44,178 bases of DNA, taken from positions 1 through 44,178 of the forward strand of contig JBHIAE010000025.1 in the NCBI GenBank assembly GCA_046758445.1, in the 5' to 3' direction. Every line of letters starts with the position of its first letter. The first letter of the stretch is position 1. The notes beneath the pieces are model-generated. The model was not told where the DNA came from. It searched no databases and worked only from the letters and a program-made list of their open reading frames with translations. Positions 19,370 to 29,911 of this stretch are shown here, in pieces. Origin of the DNA: Candidatus Thorarchaeota archaeon (GTDB taxonomy: Archaea > Asgardarchaeota > Thorarchaeia > Thorarchaeales > Thorarchaeaceae). A program made the position numbers and the translations under genes.

Positions 19370-20932
19370 TCAGGTTCCCAGCGAAGAGTATTCTATTATC
19401 CCCCCTACAATGGTCATTTCTACTTCAATGTCCTTGATAGCTTCCGGGGGAACACTCATTATATCATCAGACAACACGACGAAGTCTGCTCTCTTTCCGA
19501 TGGCCAGGCTACCAACGGTCCTCTCGATGAACGAGGAGTACGCACTCTCAAGTGTGTAGCAACGCAGAGCCTCCTCAACAGTTAGAACGACTCTGGGGTT
19601 GGGGTGTGTTGTGGCCGCCCAGATTCCATAGAGCGGCCCATAAGGCATACCATCAGATCCAAAGCAGAGTCTTGCCCCATTGTCAAGGGCGACTCTGAAC
19701 ATGTTCATTCCTCTGACCCTTTCTTCGTCAAATCTGTGTTCATAGAGTCCTCCTTCAAGCTGCCACTTGGCAACGAAGTTAGGCTGCATTGACAATATCA
19801 GTCCCAGTCCCACGGCTCTACGAATCTGCCACTCATTGATTAGTTCTGCGTGTTCAATCCTATGTCTTTGATCTCTGATCTTCGCTCTCATACTCTCGGA
19901 TAATCCCTCGAAGGTCTCTATTACCATTTCAATGGCAGCATCTCCAATGGCGTGAGTCACTGTTTGAATGTCGTTGTTCACAGCCTTCTTGACAATCCTA
20001 GAATACTTGTTCTTGTCAACCAGAAGCATTCCTTTGTTTGACTTTTGGCCTTCGTAAGGCTTCGAAACTGCTGCTGTAGCCGCACCGATTGATCCGTCGG
20101 TGAATATCTTCACGCCACCTATCTTCACTAGGGGACTTCCCATACCTGAAGTGAGTCCGAGCTTGATCATATGATTCATCTGTTCCACAGGTGGGTTGAT
20201 GACCATTCGAACTGAGAGGTTGTTGTTCTGCTCAACATCACGCACATGTTTCAACATCCCTGCCACGGCGTTGTCTACTGCTGCGGTTATGCCCAGTTCG
20301 TTTGCCATCCGGTTTCCCGCTACGACTCCCTCGCGAACTGCCTCTGAGTCGGGTCTGATCTTGTCATGTACACCTCCAACGTCCTTCAGCACACCAGTCG
20401 GAGCGCCGCTCTTGGTCTTCATAACTCCCTCGAGCTCAAGTGGTATTCCAAGTTTCTCGAACCCGAACGAGTTCACAGAAACGAGATGCCCATCAATCCT
20501 CGTTGCAAAGATTGGGTGTTTCTTACTCACCTTGTCAAGGTCTCTAGCATTGAGATAGCGTTTCTGAGGCCATTGGCTTTCGTCCCACCCATAAGAGAGA
20601 ACCCATTCCCCAGTTCTGTAGTTGGGCAAAGCTTCCTTGAGAATCTCTAGGGCGTCTTCGAGTGACTCCGCAGAATGAAGCTTGATGTGACTTGCTCGGA
20701 TTCCATCGCTTGTGAGATGTGTGTGAGCGTCAACAAACCCCGGAACGACTGTCTTTCCTCCTAGGTCTATGACTCGCGTTGCATTCGGAACCAAGTGAAA
20801 CAGTTGCTCATCATCTCCCATGGCAAGAATCTTGTAGCTCTTCACTGCTATCGCTGTAACACGTGGGTTCTGTGGGTCCATGGTGACGATGTTCCCATTG
20901 AAGACGACAAGGTCCGCCTCTAGCTCCATCAC
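19370..20932 (-). CDS. Amidohydrolase family 3 (YtcJ-like) metal-dependent hydrolase
   Basis: DLGGKTVVPGFVDAHTH, VKIFTDGSIG, HAIGDAA, RIEHAE, FGSD, GSLAIGKRADFVVL. Confidence 0.92.
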   Translation of the reverse strand: MMELEADLVVFNGNIVTMDPQNPRVTAIAVKSYKILAMGDDEQLFHLVPNATRVIDLGGKTVVPGFVDAHTHLTSDGIRASHIKLHSAESLEDALEILKEALPNYRTGEWVLSYGWDESQWPQKRYLNARDLDKVSKKHPIFATRIDGHLVSVNSFGFEKLGIPLELEGVMKTKSGAPTGVLKDVGGVHDKIRPDSEAVREGVVAGNRMANELGITAAVDNAVAGMLKHVRDVEQNNNLSVRMVINPPVEQMNHMIKLGLTSGMGSPLVKIGGVKIFTDGSIGAATAAVSKPYEGQKSNKGMLLVDKNKYSRIVKKAVNNDIQTVTHAIGDAAIEMVIETFEGLSESMRAKIRDQRHRIEHAELINEWQIRRAVGLGLILSMQPNFVAKWQLEGGLYEHRFDEERVRGMNMFRVALDNGARLCFGSDGMPYGPLYGIWAATTHPNPRVVLTVEEALRCYTLESAYSSFIERTVGSLAIGKRADFVVLSDDIMSVPPEAIKDIEVEMTIVGGIIEYSSLGT

Positions 20933-21040
20933 GAAACACGCGCCTTTGAAGTCGAGAGGTCTATTTGCATATATGCATGCCCCTTCGAAACAGGCCTCTT
21001 AGTCATATCTGGTGTAGTACCAGATTACTGTTTCCTGTTC

Positions 21041-21688
21041 TTACTTCTTTGGTACTTTCTCCCAATCTGCGAGGAATCTTTCAATGCCGATATCGGTCAA
21101 CGGATGCTTCGCCATCTTCTCGAGTACGGCGGGCGGGATTGTTGCTATGTCCGCTCCCAATAATGCTGCCTCATACACGTGAATGGGGTGTCTAATGCTC
21201 GCGACGATGATCTCGGTATCAAACGCGTAGTTTGTGTAGATTTGCACCATGCTCTCAATCAGCTCCATGCCGGTATGGCCGATATCATCCAGTCTCCCGA
21301 TGAACGGCGAAACAAAAGTCGCACCGGCCTTTGCAGCCAATATCGCCTGATTGGCACTGAAGCAGAGCGTGACGTTTGTCTTGATCCCCTCGTCGGCGCA
21401 AATCTTTGTGGCCTTTAGACCCTCCCACGTCAACGGAATCTTGATTGCAGCATTATCGATCCAGCCGTTTAGCTCTTTGGCCTCTTTGACCATCCCATCT
21501 ACATCCTCGCTTACAACCTCCAGACTGATAGGCCCTTTCACGAAGGACGCTATCTCATCAACGATTTTTCGGAAGTCTTTGCCTTCCTTTGCCACTAGTG
21601 AAGGATTGGTCGTCACCCCATCAACCATTCCTCTCTCGTGAGCCTTCCTAATCGCTTCGACATTTGCAGTATCGATGAAGAACTTCAT
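21041..21688 (-). CDS. tal: Transaldolase (short TalC/MipB-type)
   Basis: [17 protein letters not shown], Schiff-base Lys in AIKIP. Glu in ISLEV and Phe in SPFIGR indicate transaldolase rather than fructose-6-phosphate aldolase, which has Gln and Tyr there. Confidence 0.88.
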   Translation of the reverse strand: MKFFIDTANVEAIRKAHERGMVDGVTTNPSLVAKEGKDFRKIVDEIASFVKGPISLEVVSEDVDGMVKEAKELNGWIDNAAIKIPLTWEGLKATKICADEGIKTNVTLCFSANQAILAAKAGATFVSPFIGRLDDIGHTGMELIESMVQIYTNYAFDTEIIVASIRHPIHVYEAALLGADIATIPPAVLEKMAKHPLTDIGIERFLADWEKVPKK

Positions 21689-21777
21689 GATAACCAGCTC
21701 TTAGTAGTCTGAACGAGCTGGTGTGTCCCCTCGCTGGTATATTACGTTGACTGTTTGTCTTGGTTTCAGAGAGTCTA

Positions 21778-22449
21778 CTACTCAATGGCTTTCTTCATGG
21801 CTCTGACTGTGCCTTCGATATCTTCTGCACCGAAGACGGCAGACCCAGCTATGAAGAAGTCCCCACCCGCCTTGCGAAGGTCTGCAATGTTGTCAAGGCT
21901 CACTCCACCATCGACGGCGATGCGCACCTGCGGCTTGTGCTCATCGAGTAGTTCTCTTAACCGCGTGATTCGTCCAGTAGATGTAGGAATGAACTCCTGT
22001 CCGCCGAAGCCTGGACAGACGCTCATGATCAGAACTGAGTCAATCTGATCCAGTAGAGGCATGACCGATTCAATCGGAGTACCAGGGTTGAGGGTGATTC
22101 CCGCCTTTGCCCCCAAGTCAGTTATGAGTTGGACGGTTCTATAGACGTCGTAGGACGCCTCAATATGCGGATAGATCAGACCAACGCCAGCGTCCACGAA
22201 CTTCGGGATATACTCTCTTGGCTTCATAATCATCAAGTGAGCATCGAGCGGCACGTTGGTGATGCTCTTCATCGTCTTGGCAATCAAGGGTCCATACGAG
22301 ATATTCGGCACGAAATGGCCATCCATTATGTCAAGATGGAAGTAGTCTGCCCCACCTTTCTCCGCCGCCTTGATGTCTTTCTCGAGATGGGCGAAATTAG
22401 CAGAGAGTATTGAGGGTGCCAACAAGGGTCTCATGGTCCATCCGTCCAC
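21778..22449 (-). CDS. rpe: Ribulose-phosphate 3-epimerase
   Basis: APSILSANF, HLDIMDGHFVPNISYG, DAHLM, MSVCPGFGGQ, VDGG, AGSAVF. Confidence 0.97.
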   Translation of the reverse strand: MDGWTMRPLLAPSILSANFAHLEKDIKAAEKGGADYFHLDIMDGHFVPNISYGPLIAKTMKSITNVPLDAHLMIMKPREYIPKFVDAGVGLIYPHIEASYDVYRTVQLITDLGAKAGITLNPGTPIESVMPLLDQIDSVLIMSVCPGFGGQEFIPTSTGRITRLRELLDEHKPQVRIAVDGGVSLDNIADLRKAGGDFFIAGSAVFGAEDIEGTVRAMKKAIE

Positions 22450-22535
22450 TGGTATTCTCCACTGCTCTGAAGCAGAGTCACTGGACAGCCCATTGTGCGC
22501 GTATTTTAAGCTTCGCCCTTTGCAGTACGCCCAAT

Positions 22536-24179
22536 CTAATCTTTGAGCAATCTGGGCAATTGACTTTGAATGAGTGCCAGCTCAAGTATCATGACGATGA
22601 ATTGCGTTGCCAAACTAATGGCATGTTGCCCGGTTACTATCATAGCAACCCCATATCCAACCAGAGGAACTATGCCAACTAGTGCCCCAATGAATGCAGC
22701 TAGAAAGCTCATTCTTGAATCTGAAACGACACTGATTGAAACAGCACGACCCTGCCCTCTCTTCCAGTATATCGTAGTCCCCACTGCCAATGATATGGTG
22801 TATCCGCAAGGAATCTGAACAAGCGGGATCAGGGGAATCAATGGCGAAGTCAGTGGAAACATCGAGAGTAGTAGAGAAACCACGATCATTGAGCAGATGT
22901 AGGGAACCATCGCTATTGCGATCTTGGCATTAAGCACTCGCTTAGAGCTCAGCGGAAGTCCCGACATAATTGAGGCTCCCTGAGTATCCAGCATCATGAC
23001 TGAAATGATTGCTATGCCTCCAAAGAGATTCCCGTACTCGATTGATATGAGAGCAGTGAGACTCCTTAGACTCGAATCTATTGCCCAACCAGCCATCATT
23101 GGATAGATGAAGATTAGTAGGAAAAGTGGGATTATGAAGATGAATGAGGACCCAACGTTTCTCGATGCGAGTTTGAGGTCTTTTCTGACAATTGATTTCA
23201 ACACTGAAACGGTATTCAGACCAATCTCACGAATCCGCATTGATTTCTTTGTTGGAACCCCTCCAACAGTCATCCTACGAAGTGTGCGACCAGTTCTCTG
23301 GTAGGAACGGATGGCCAGGAGTGAGTAGACCACCGATGCACCAAGCGCAATAACGACTGCCTCTATCTGCACAGCTAAGCCGAATTGGACAGCAGAGGCA
23401 AGAAATCCGTAAGAGAAAGGGAACAATAGTGCCAGGATTAGAGAGCTCTGTGAACCCATGGTACCCGACAAGTCCATCATGAAATGAATCAACGCGGGCA
23501 TCCAACTACCCATTCCAAACACGAAGACCATACCGACCGCCAAACCTAGCAAGGCTGAAACTCTAATGATTGCAGAACCCCTCGAACCATCCACCTCGAG
23601 TGATTTCCTCCTAAACCATGAGGCCAAGTGGATTAGGGAACCTATCGAGAGTGAAACTGTCGCGGCACATCCTAGCAGAGCCATCAGTGCCATAGGGACT
23701 CCAAAAGCGATTAGGAAGATAGCAGGGAAGACAGTGAGGATCAGAATTGCAGGGGCCACGAAGACTCTGATGAATGCCAATAGCGTTAGATCCTCCAAGT
23801 CGCGATTGCTAAGAGGAAGAGTTGCGGGAAGGCTCATTGCATCAGCTGTGAAGAAGCCTGTAGTGGTTGAGAGATTCATGAATATGAGCACCACAAAACT
23901 CACCATCAAGAACATCGACATTCCAACCACAACGCGGGTATGTGCAACACCTACTGCTTCATCAAATGCCGCCATAGCTGCGCTAACAACAGCCAACGTT
24001 CCCACCAGGAATGTCACAATGATTGTGTTGAATCTGCTTGATGATTTGATACTCTTCGCAATCCGCTCGGGGTTCTCCTTTACCCTTGCAAGATTGGATG
24101 GATTCATTTCGAGGTAGCCTTGGAATCGAACCTCTGAGGAGACTATACCTGCAAGTCGCCAACGCTCAGAGAACTTCAC
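22536..24179 (-). CDS. Large multi-pass membrane protein, putative ABC exporter permease
   Basis: More than 10 TM helices in two similar halves (TLPLSNRDL / GLPLSSKRV; IVRKDLKLASR); 4-bp overlap with the upstream ABC ATPase gene. Confidence 0.75.
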   Translation of the reverse strand: MKFSERWRLAGIVSSEVRFQGYLEMNPSNLARVKENPERIAKSIKSSSRFNTIIVTFLVGTLAVVSAAMAAFDEAVGVAHTRVVVGMSMFLMVSFVVLIFMNLSTTTGFFTADAMSLPATLPLSNRDLEDLTLLAFIRVFVAPAILILTVFPAIFLIAFGVPMALMALLGCAATVSLSIGSLIHLASWFRRKSLEVDGSRGSAIIRVSALLGLAVGMVFVFGMGSWMPALIHFMMDLSGTMGSQSSLILALLFPFSYGFLASAVQFGLAVQIEAVVIALGASVVYSLLAIRSYQRTGRTLRRMTVGGVPTKKSMRIREIGLNTVSVLKSIVRKDLKLASRNVGSSFIFIIPLFLLIFIYPMMAGWAIDSSLRSLTALISIEYGNLFGGIAIISVMMLDTQGASIMSGLPLSSKRVLNAKIAIAMVPYICSMIVVSLLLSMFPLTSPLIPLIPLVQIPCGYTISLAVGTTIYWKRGQGRAVSISVVSDSRMSFLAAFIGALVGIVPLVGYGVAMIVTGQHAISLATQFIVMILELALIQSQLPRLLKD

Positions 24180-24976
24180 TCTGAGAGTGCCCTCCTGAGT
24201 GCATCAATCCCTTCACGAACCTCCTCCTCCTGCTCAGTCAGAGCAAGGAAGACCTTCTCCAAAGTCGCACCCTCCTTCTGGGATATTCCGCGCAATTCGT
24301 CGAGCGTGCCAACTGCAACTAGCTTTCCCTCATCTATGATGCCCACACGATCACACATTGCCTCAGCAACTTCCATGACGTGCGTACTCAGCAAGACTGA
24401 TCCGCCATTGCTTGCGTGAATCTTGACAACATCTTTCATGATTGATGCTGTTCGTACATCAAGACCTGAGAACGGTTCATCCAATATCAGCAGCTTGGGC
24501 TTATGAATAAGGGCGGCGATTAGCATGGCCTTTTGCTTATTGCCTTGTGAGAGAGTCACTATCATGGAGTCATAGTACTTCTCGAAATCAAGGGCTTGCA
24601 CTATCTCCTTTATGCGCTTGTTTGTCTTCTCTTCTGGTAGTTGTCTGACTGACGCTATGAATTCGAACAACTCTCTGGGTGTCAGTGACTCGTAGAGTTG
24701 CTGTTCCTCAGGTACATAACCAACGAGTTGCTTGACTCCAATTGGGTCCTCTTCTGAGCTGATACCAAAGACTTCGGCCAATCCAGAGTCCGCGTCTAGG
24801 AGACCCAATAGGACCTTTATGGTCGTGGTCTTCCCTGCACCATTGGGACCCAGGATGCCGAATATCTCTCCCTCTCGCACTTCGATTGAAACATCGTTTA
24901 CAGCAACGAGGTCTCCGAAGGACTTCACAACATTGCTTATACTAACTGCACTACTCATCTTGACCTTTTTCCTCAT
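24176..24976 (-). CDS. ABC transporter ATP-binding protein
   Basis: GPNGAGKTT, LSQGNKQK, LILDEPFSGLD, STH; the true start is probably MSSAVSI. Confidence 0.95.
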   Translation of the reverse strand: MRKKVKMSSAVSISNVVKSFGDLVAVNDVSIEVREGEIFGILGPNGAGKTTTIKVLLGLLDADSGLAEVFGISSEEDPIGVKQLVGYVPEEQQLYESLTPRELFEFIASVRQLPEEKTNKRIKEIVQALDFEKYYDSMIVTLSQGNKQKAMLIAALIHKPKLLILDEPFSGLDVRTASIMKDVVKIHASNGGSVLLSTHVMEVAEAMCDRVGIIDEGKLVAVGTLDELRGISQKEGATLEKVFLALTEQEEEVREGIDALRRALSE

Positions 24977-25415
24977 ATTCTATCTCTTGATCGTTCCGTC
25001 CGCGCAACTGTACTCTCCTCTTCACCAATGACCAATAGACAAAGAAAAGGGTCCATGCTGTGGATGGGATGAAGACTAGGAGAAATAGCTCGGGAACTGT
25101 GAACCAGAAGTAGACGTTCATCAGGACATATGTCCCTAAGTTGATGAAGAGGGATCTCCTTTGCCAACCCTTTCGTGATACAACATTCACCGCATAGAGA
25201 GCTGCGAAGCCTGTTTGATTCAGAGTATAGAGGCCATCAGCATCCCTTTCAACAATTGTCGTCATCTTCCTGAGATGGAAATCCAAGAGTCCGCTACTTG
25301 AAATCCGCAACGCCCTCTTGAGATCCGCAAATCCCATCGGTTTCTTTGAGAGAGTCATCAGCATGTCTATTCTCAATGGGTGAGAGATTGCCTCAAACAC
25401 TTCATCCGAACTCAT
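24951..25415 (-). CDS. ArsR-like winged-helix transcriptional regulator with two C-terminal TM helices
   Basis: VFEAISHPLRIDML...GFADLKRALRISSSGLLDFHLRKM...GLYTLNQTG, then two hydrophobic helices. Start placed at ATG 25415. Confidence 0.8.
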   Translation of the reverse strand: MSSDEVFEAISHPLRIDMLMTLSKKPMGFADLKRALRISSSGLLDFHLRKMTTIVERDADGLYTLNQTGFAALYAVNVVSRKGWQRRSLFINLGTYVLMNVYFWFTVPELFLLVFIPSTAWTLFFVYWSLVKRRVQLRGRNDQEIEYEEKGQDE

Positions 25416-25761
25416 TTTCTTCAAGTATGGCTTGTCGAGGCTGCATATTATTCTATCATCCTTGACCAGCAAGTCAACATTCATTGACCATGCTGTTGCT
25501 TCAAAGGCTGAGAAACTCTCAATGTTGGAAAAGAACCCAGATGCCGTTCCCCTTATCCTAGACAAAGGCTGTCTTAACACCTACTCTCTTCACTCTGTGA
25601 CAGGCTAAATCACGCGTACTTTTGTATAAACTACTCTTGAAAGTATATAACCCCTCGGACCGACGCAACTGAGTAATGCACCATACAAACCTGATAACAA
25701 TCCCAAGGTCGAATCTGCAATCAAGACTTGAACATGAGTTCCTCCATTAGTTTGACCGGAC

Positions 25762-27084
25762 TTAGAGACCTTGAGGGAAGAAGAGTTGTAGGGCATTGTC
25801 TCTCAAGAGCCACTGAGCGTATCTCTTCGCTTCATCTAACGAATAGATACCGTCACTCACTTTTGAGGCGAGTACTTTAGCAACGTTCTCTCTGGCTATG
25901 ACTGAATGACCGTAGACTCCTTCCACGAATAGATAGTCACCACCGAATCCAAGTATCTTACTTGCCGGTACTTCGTCGAGCCACTGCGATAACGCCGTTT
26001 GGGAACGGCTTGGTGAAATGATGTGCATCCAGCACATGTCAATGTATACGTTGGAGAAGTTCTTTGCTAGTGCTCCAAGCTCATCGCAGTACGGCCAACC
26101 TCCATGGAATACATCGAAACGAGCTTCCTTATACTCCATGAATAGGTTTGTCAGCAACTCAGGGTTAGAGTTGGAGAGAACGTTCTCGTTACCCTCATGG
26201 AGTCCAGTGTGAATCTGAATTGGTAGATTTCGTTTCATGGCCTCCCTGATGATCTTGTGTACCAAGTAGTCCTGCATCACTTGTAGTGAGTCTGAATCAA
26301 TAGCTTCAGGTATCACCTTTAGGATCTCTGGAGTTTCATAAACACTGAACTTGGTCTTCTTGAAGATCTCGTTGAATGCTTTCTCAGCTTCGGAGAAAGA
26401 TACCTTTTCGAAGTAGATGGGACGAGTATACGCCAGACTGATCTTCACACCAACAATCTTTCCTTGAGCTCTGTCGAACTCAGACTCCAACGCTGAAACC
26501 ATCTCTCTGAAAGTATGAATTGAACCCCCAGCTTGTCTACCTAGCTCCTCCAACGTATTCCTGTCTCCTACATAGAGAAACTGGCTGAATTGTCCAACAG
26601 GTCTAAAGAATGCCGTATCAACATTGTAGTCAGTTGGGTCGGTGAGGTAGTCGTTTATTGAAATGTCAATTCCAGAAGACTTCTTGAGCACCCAATCGTA
26701 TAGTCCCTTCTGATTCTTGTTTCTGATCTTCTCTGAAAGCTCTTGGTACGTTCCGGCGTTGATTCCGTCAACATCATACAGGTCTCTGGCAACGATATCC
26801 AGACACCGTGCATAGCCCGTGTTTCGAATCTTCTCCCACCAAGGCTCAAAGATAGACCATCTCTTATCCAACTGTATCTCCGGGTTTCTGATAGTTAGAA
26901 GGTCTTCCTCGGACATTCCAGCGGCACGCATATCAGAGGAGGCATAGTGTGCGAAGAAAGTAGCCAATAGATCGACTTTCTGTTCCGTTCTCTCTTGCTC
27001 TTGCGGGAGATGCTCATGCGTGTCAATTATCCTGATTCCGTCTACGAATTGTCTAAGCTCTTCATAGTGCGGACTATCGTTCAT
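25762..27084 (-). CDS. Amidohydrolase superfamily protein (Amidohydro_2 / uronate isomerase-like TIM barrel)
   Basis: IIDTHEH, IQIHTG, FDVFHGGWPY, NVYIDMCW, KILGFGGDY. Confidence 0.85.
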   Translation of the reverse strand: MNDSPHYEELRQFVDGIRIIDTHEHLPQEQERTEQKVDLLATFFAHYASSDMRAAGMSEEDLLTIRNPEIQLDKRWSIFEPWWEKIRNTGYARCLDIVARDLYDVDGINAGTYQELSEKIRNKNQKGLYDWVLKKSSGIDISINDYLTDPTDYNVDTAFFRPVGQFSQFLYVGDRNTLEELGRQAGGSIHTFREMVSALESEFDRAQGKIVGVKISLAYTRPIYFEKVSFSEAEKAFNEIFKKTKFSVYETPEILKVIPEAIDSDSLQVMQDYLVHKIIREAMKRNLPIQIHTGLHEGNENVLSNSNPELLTNLFMEYKEARFDVFHGGWPYCDELGALAKNFSNVYIDMCWMHIISPSRSQTALSQWLDEVPASKILGFGGDYLFVEGVYGHSVIARENVAKVLASKVSDGIYSLDEAKRYAQWLLRDNALQLFFPQGL

Positions 27085-27216
27085 GAACTCGGTACTCTTG
27101 GCAGAGTAATTAAAAGTTCGCGTCAGAAAATCGGAATGGCATAGTCTAGACTCATGCCATTATGCGGGCAACAACGGTTGGGTGAAAATCCCTCATTCCT
27201 CTTGTACTAAGAAGTT

Positions 27217-29907
27217 CTAATCTCTCTTCTTGAGTTCGTCTTGCAGTTCCCTTAGCTTTATCAGAGCATCAATTGGTGTGGTACGTTCCAAATCCATGTG
27301 CTTCAGCAGCTCAAGTATTGGGTCGTCAACAGTCAGGGATTCTAGGCTCATCTGGACAGGCTCATAGGACTCATCAGCTCGATCTCCAAGCCTTGCCTGA
27401 TTCTCTCTTTCAAGCCGAGCGAGAATCATCTTCGCTCTTTTCACTACTTCATCAGGCACACCTGCCAGAGCCGCGACCTGAACGCCGTAGCTCTTGTCGG
27501 TGCCCCCATCCACGACCTTATGCAGAAAGACTATGGTGTCACCTGACTCCCTTGCCAATGTATGAACGTTCCTGACCCCGTGATGAGTGCCGGCCATCTC
27601 CGTCAATTGATGGAAGTGTGTAGCAAACATGGCTCTTGCCTTCATCTGCACGATCCGCTCGGCCACTGCCCAAGCTAGCGCCATGCCATCGTACGTCGAC
27701 GTGCCTCTTCCAATCTCATCGAGGATGACCAAGCTACGTTCAGTCGCATTGTTCAGGATGTTTGCAGTTTCAATCATCTCGACCATGAAAGTTGACTGTC
27801 GGGCTGTCAGGTCGTCAAAGGCACCGACTCTTGTGAATATCCGATCTACAAGGCCAATCTCTGCTGACTTGGCCGGGACAAAAGAGCCCATCTGAGCGAG
27901 AATCACAATCAGGGCACACTGACGCATATACGTGCTCTTGCCGGCCATGTTGGGTCCGGTCACAATCATGAGGGTGCAGCCTCCGTCGCCTATCTCCACG
28001 CTATTCGGCACGAATTCATTCGGTCCCAAGATCATCTCCATGGATGGATGCCGCCCGTCCACAATCCGTATTCTCGTTCCCTCAGTGACCTTTGGTCGTG
28101 AGTATCTCCTTGAAACTGCAACCTCCGCAAGCGTGGCCAATACGTCTGCAATGGCAACCGCTTCAGAGTCCTGCCGTAGGATGCCGATGACCTCACTGAC
28201 TTGTCCTCTCAGTTCCTCATAGATCTCATACTCAAGAGCATTGATCTTGTCCTCTCCAGCAAGAACAGCGGCTTCTTTCTCCTTGAGCTCAGGAGTGATG
28301 AACCTCTCTGCATTGGTCAAAGTCTGCTTACGTTCGTATTCTTCCGGTACCATGCCAAGGTTGGCCTTCGTGACTTCAATGTAGTAGCCGAACACTTTGT
28401 TGTAGCCAACTTTGAGAGACTTGATGCCGGTTTTCCTTCTTTCAGCGACCTGCAGTGATGCAATCCACTTCTTGTCGGACGCAATCGAATTCTTGAGGTC
28501 ATCAAGATCCTTGCTGAATCCCTCACGAATCATGCCACCCTCCCGAACCCCCACCGGGGAGTCTTCCAAGATTGCATTCTTCAATGTCTTCGTTAGATTG
28601 CTCAGCACGTCAATAGAGTCTGCCGAGTGTTTGAGGACTTCAGATGAACACTCAACGAGCCTCTTCTTCACCTTTGGAAGTCTTTCCAATGCAAACCTCA
28701 GAGCAAGAAGATCTCTTCCACCGGCAACCCCAAAGACAATTCTACTCGTTATTCTCTCGAAGTCGCCAAGATTCCTGAGACTGTCTGTGATTTCTCTTCG
28801 AATGATAGCAGACCTAGCCAATTCATCAACAGCGTCCAGTCGCTTCTCAATCGCTGGGATGTTTCTCAAGGGTTGCAGAATCCACTGCTTTAGCTTTCTC
28901 TTTCCCATTGGAGTTACAGTCTTTGAGAGAACGCTCAGAAGGGTGCCTCGCTGAGAACCATCTCGGGCATTCTTGATCAGTTCGAGGTTTCTTACAGTTG
29001 TGGTGTCAAGAACCATGTGAGACTCCACGGAGTAAGTGCTGATTCCAGAGAGAGTAAGAGCGCTTGCCTTGTGCACTTCCTCTAGATATGTGAGTACCGC
29101 CCCTGCAGCACCAGTTGCAGCATCCTTGTCGCGTAGTCCGAATCCTTCCAAGGTCGATACGTGAAATTGTTCCTTCAGCTTTTCCTCAGCACTCCTTGCT
29201 GAGAAGTCTAGGTCATTGCGATAAGTAGGACGCGTTCCGAGTTCTACAAGTGCTGATGTAATCTCTTGTTTCTTCGAAAGTGACTCAGGAAGAAGAACTT
29301 CTGCAGGTCTTAGTCTCCCCAGTTCGTTCAAGGAAGTTTCACTCGTATACGTGCCTTCGAACTCTGTTGCTGTGAACTCACCGGTTGAAACATCGACTGA
29401 AGCAAGTCCCACTCTATCCTGATGCTCAACAATCGCTACAAGGTAGTTGTTGGCCGCATCTTGGAGCATTCCAGTTTCGAGGACCGTCCCTGGTGTCACC
29501 ACTCGAACAACGTCACGTTTGACAAGGCCCTTTGCCTTGGAGGCATCCTCTACCTGATCGGCTATGGCCACAGTGTGGCCAGCTCCCAGTAGCTTTGCGA
29601 CATACCCATTTACAGCGTGGTAGGGAACTCCGCACATGGGCCACTTAGCGACACCCTCGCCGCGCGAAGTGAGGACAATGTCGAGGTATCTACTCGCCAC
29701 CTTGGCATCCTCGTTGAACATCTCGTAGAAATCGCCAAGCCTGAACAAGAGTATGCAATCTGGGTACTGCTTCTTCAGCTCCAAGTACTGCCTCTGCATC
29801 GGAGTGAGTTTTCTCAAACTACTTCCCAACTCTCGCTGTCTTTTATGGCTCTCTCTAATAACCACACCGCCTCGATACACAGAACAACCCTCGGTTGAGG
29901 TTGACAA
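27217..29907 (-). CDS. mutS: DNA mismatch repair protein MutS (MutS1)
   Basis: TPMQRQYLELK, FRLGDFYEMF mismatch-binding motif, MCGVPYH, TGPNMAGKSTYMRQ, STFMVEM, DEIGRGTSTYDG, SYGVQVA. The exact start is uncertain (29907, 29865 or later). Confidence 0.97.
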   Translation of the reverse strand: MSTSTEGCSVYRGGVVIRESHKRQRELGSSLRKLTPMQRQYLELKKQYPDCILLFRLGDFYEMFNEDAKVASRYLDIVLTSRGEGVAKWPMCGVPYHAVNGYVAKLLGAGHTVAIADQVEDASKAKGLVKRDVVRVVTPGTVLETGMLQDAANNYLVAIVEHQDRVGLASVDVSTGEFTATEFEGTYTSETSLNELGRLRPAEVLLPESLSKKQEITSALVELGTRPTYRNDLDFSARSAEEKLKEQFHVSTLEGFGLRDKDAATGAAGAVLTYLEEVHKASALTLSGISTYSVESHMVLDTTTVRNLELIKNARDGSQRGTLLSVLSKTVTPMGKRKLKQWILQPLRNIPAIEKRLDAVDELARSAIIRREITDSLRNLGDFERITSRIVFGVAGGRDLLALRFALERLPKVKKRLVECSSEVLKHSADSIDVLSNLTKTLKNAILEDSPVGVREGGMIREGFSKDLDDLKNSIASDKKWIASLQVAERRKTGIKSLKVGYNKVFGYYIEVTKANLGMVPEEYERKQTLTNAERFITPELKEKEAAVLAGEDKINALEYEIYEELRGQVSEVIGILRQDSEAVAIADVLATLAEVAVSRRYSRPKVTEGTRIRIVDGRHPSMEMILGPNEFVPNSVEIGDGGCTLMIVTGPNMAGKSTYMRQCALIVILAQMGSFVPAKSAEIGLVDRIFTRVGAFDDLTARQSTFMVEMIETANILNNATERSLVILDEIGRGTSTYDGMALAWAVAERIVQMKARAMFATHFHQLTEMAGTHHGVRNVHTLARESGDTIVFLHKVVDGGTDKSYGVQVAALAGVPDEVVKRAKMILARLERENQARLGDRADESYEPVQMSLESLTVDDPILELLKHMDLERTTPIDALIKLRELQDELKKRD

Positions 29908-29911
29908 TGGG

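Noticed and set aside
21041-21688. Fructose-6-phosphate aldolase (fsa)
   Set aside because: It has the Glu and Phe diagnostic of transaldolase rather than Gln and Tyr.
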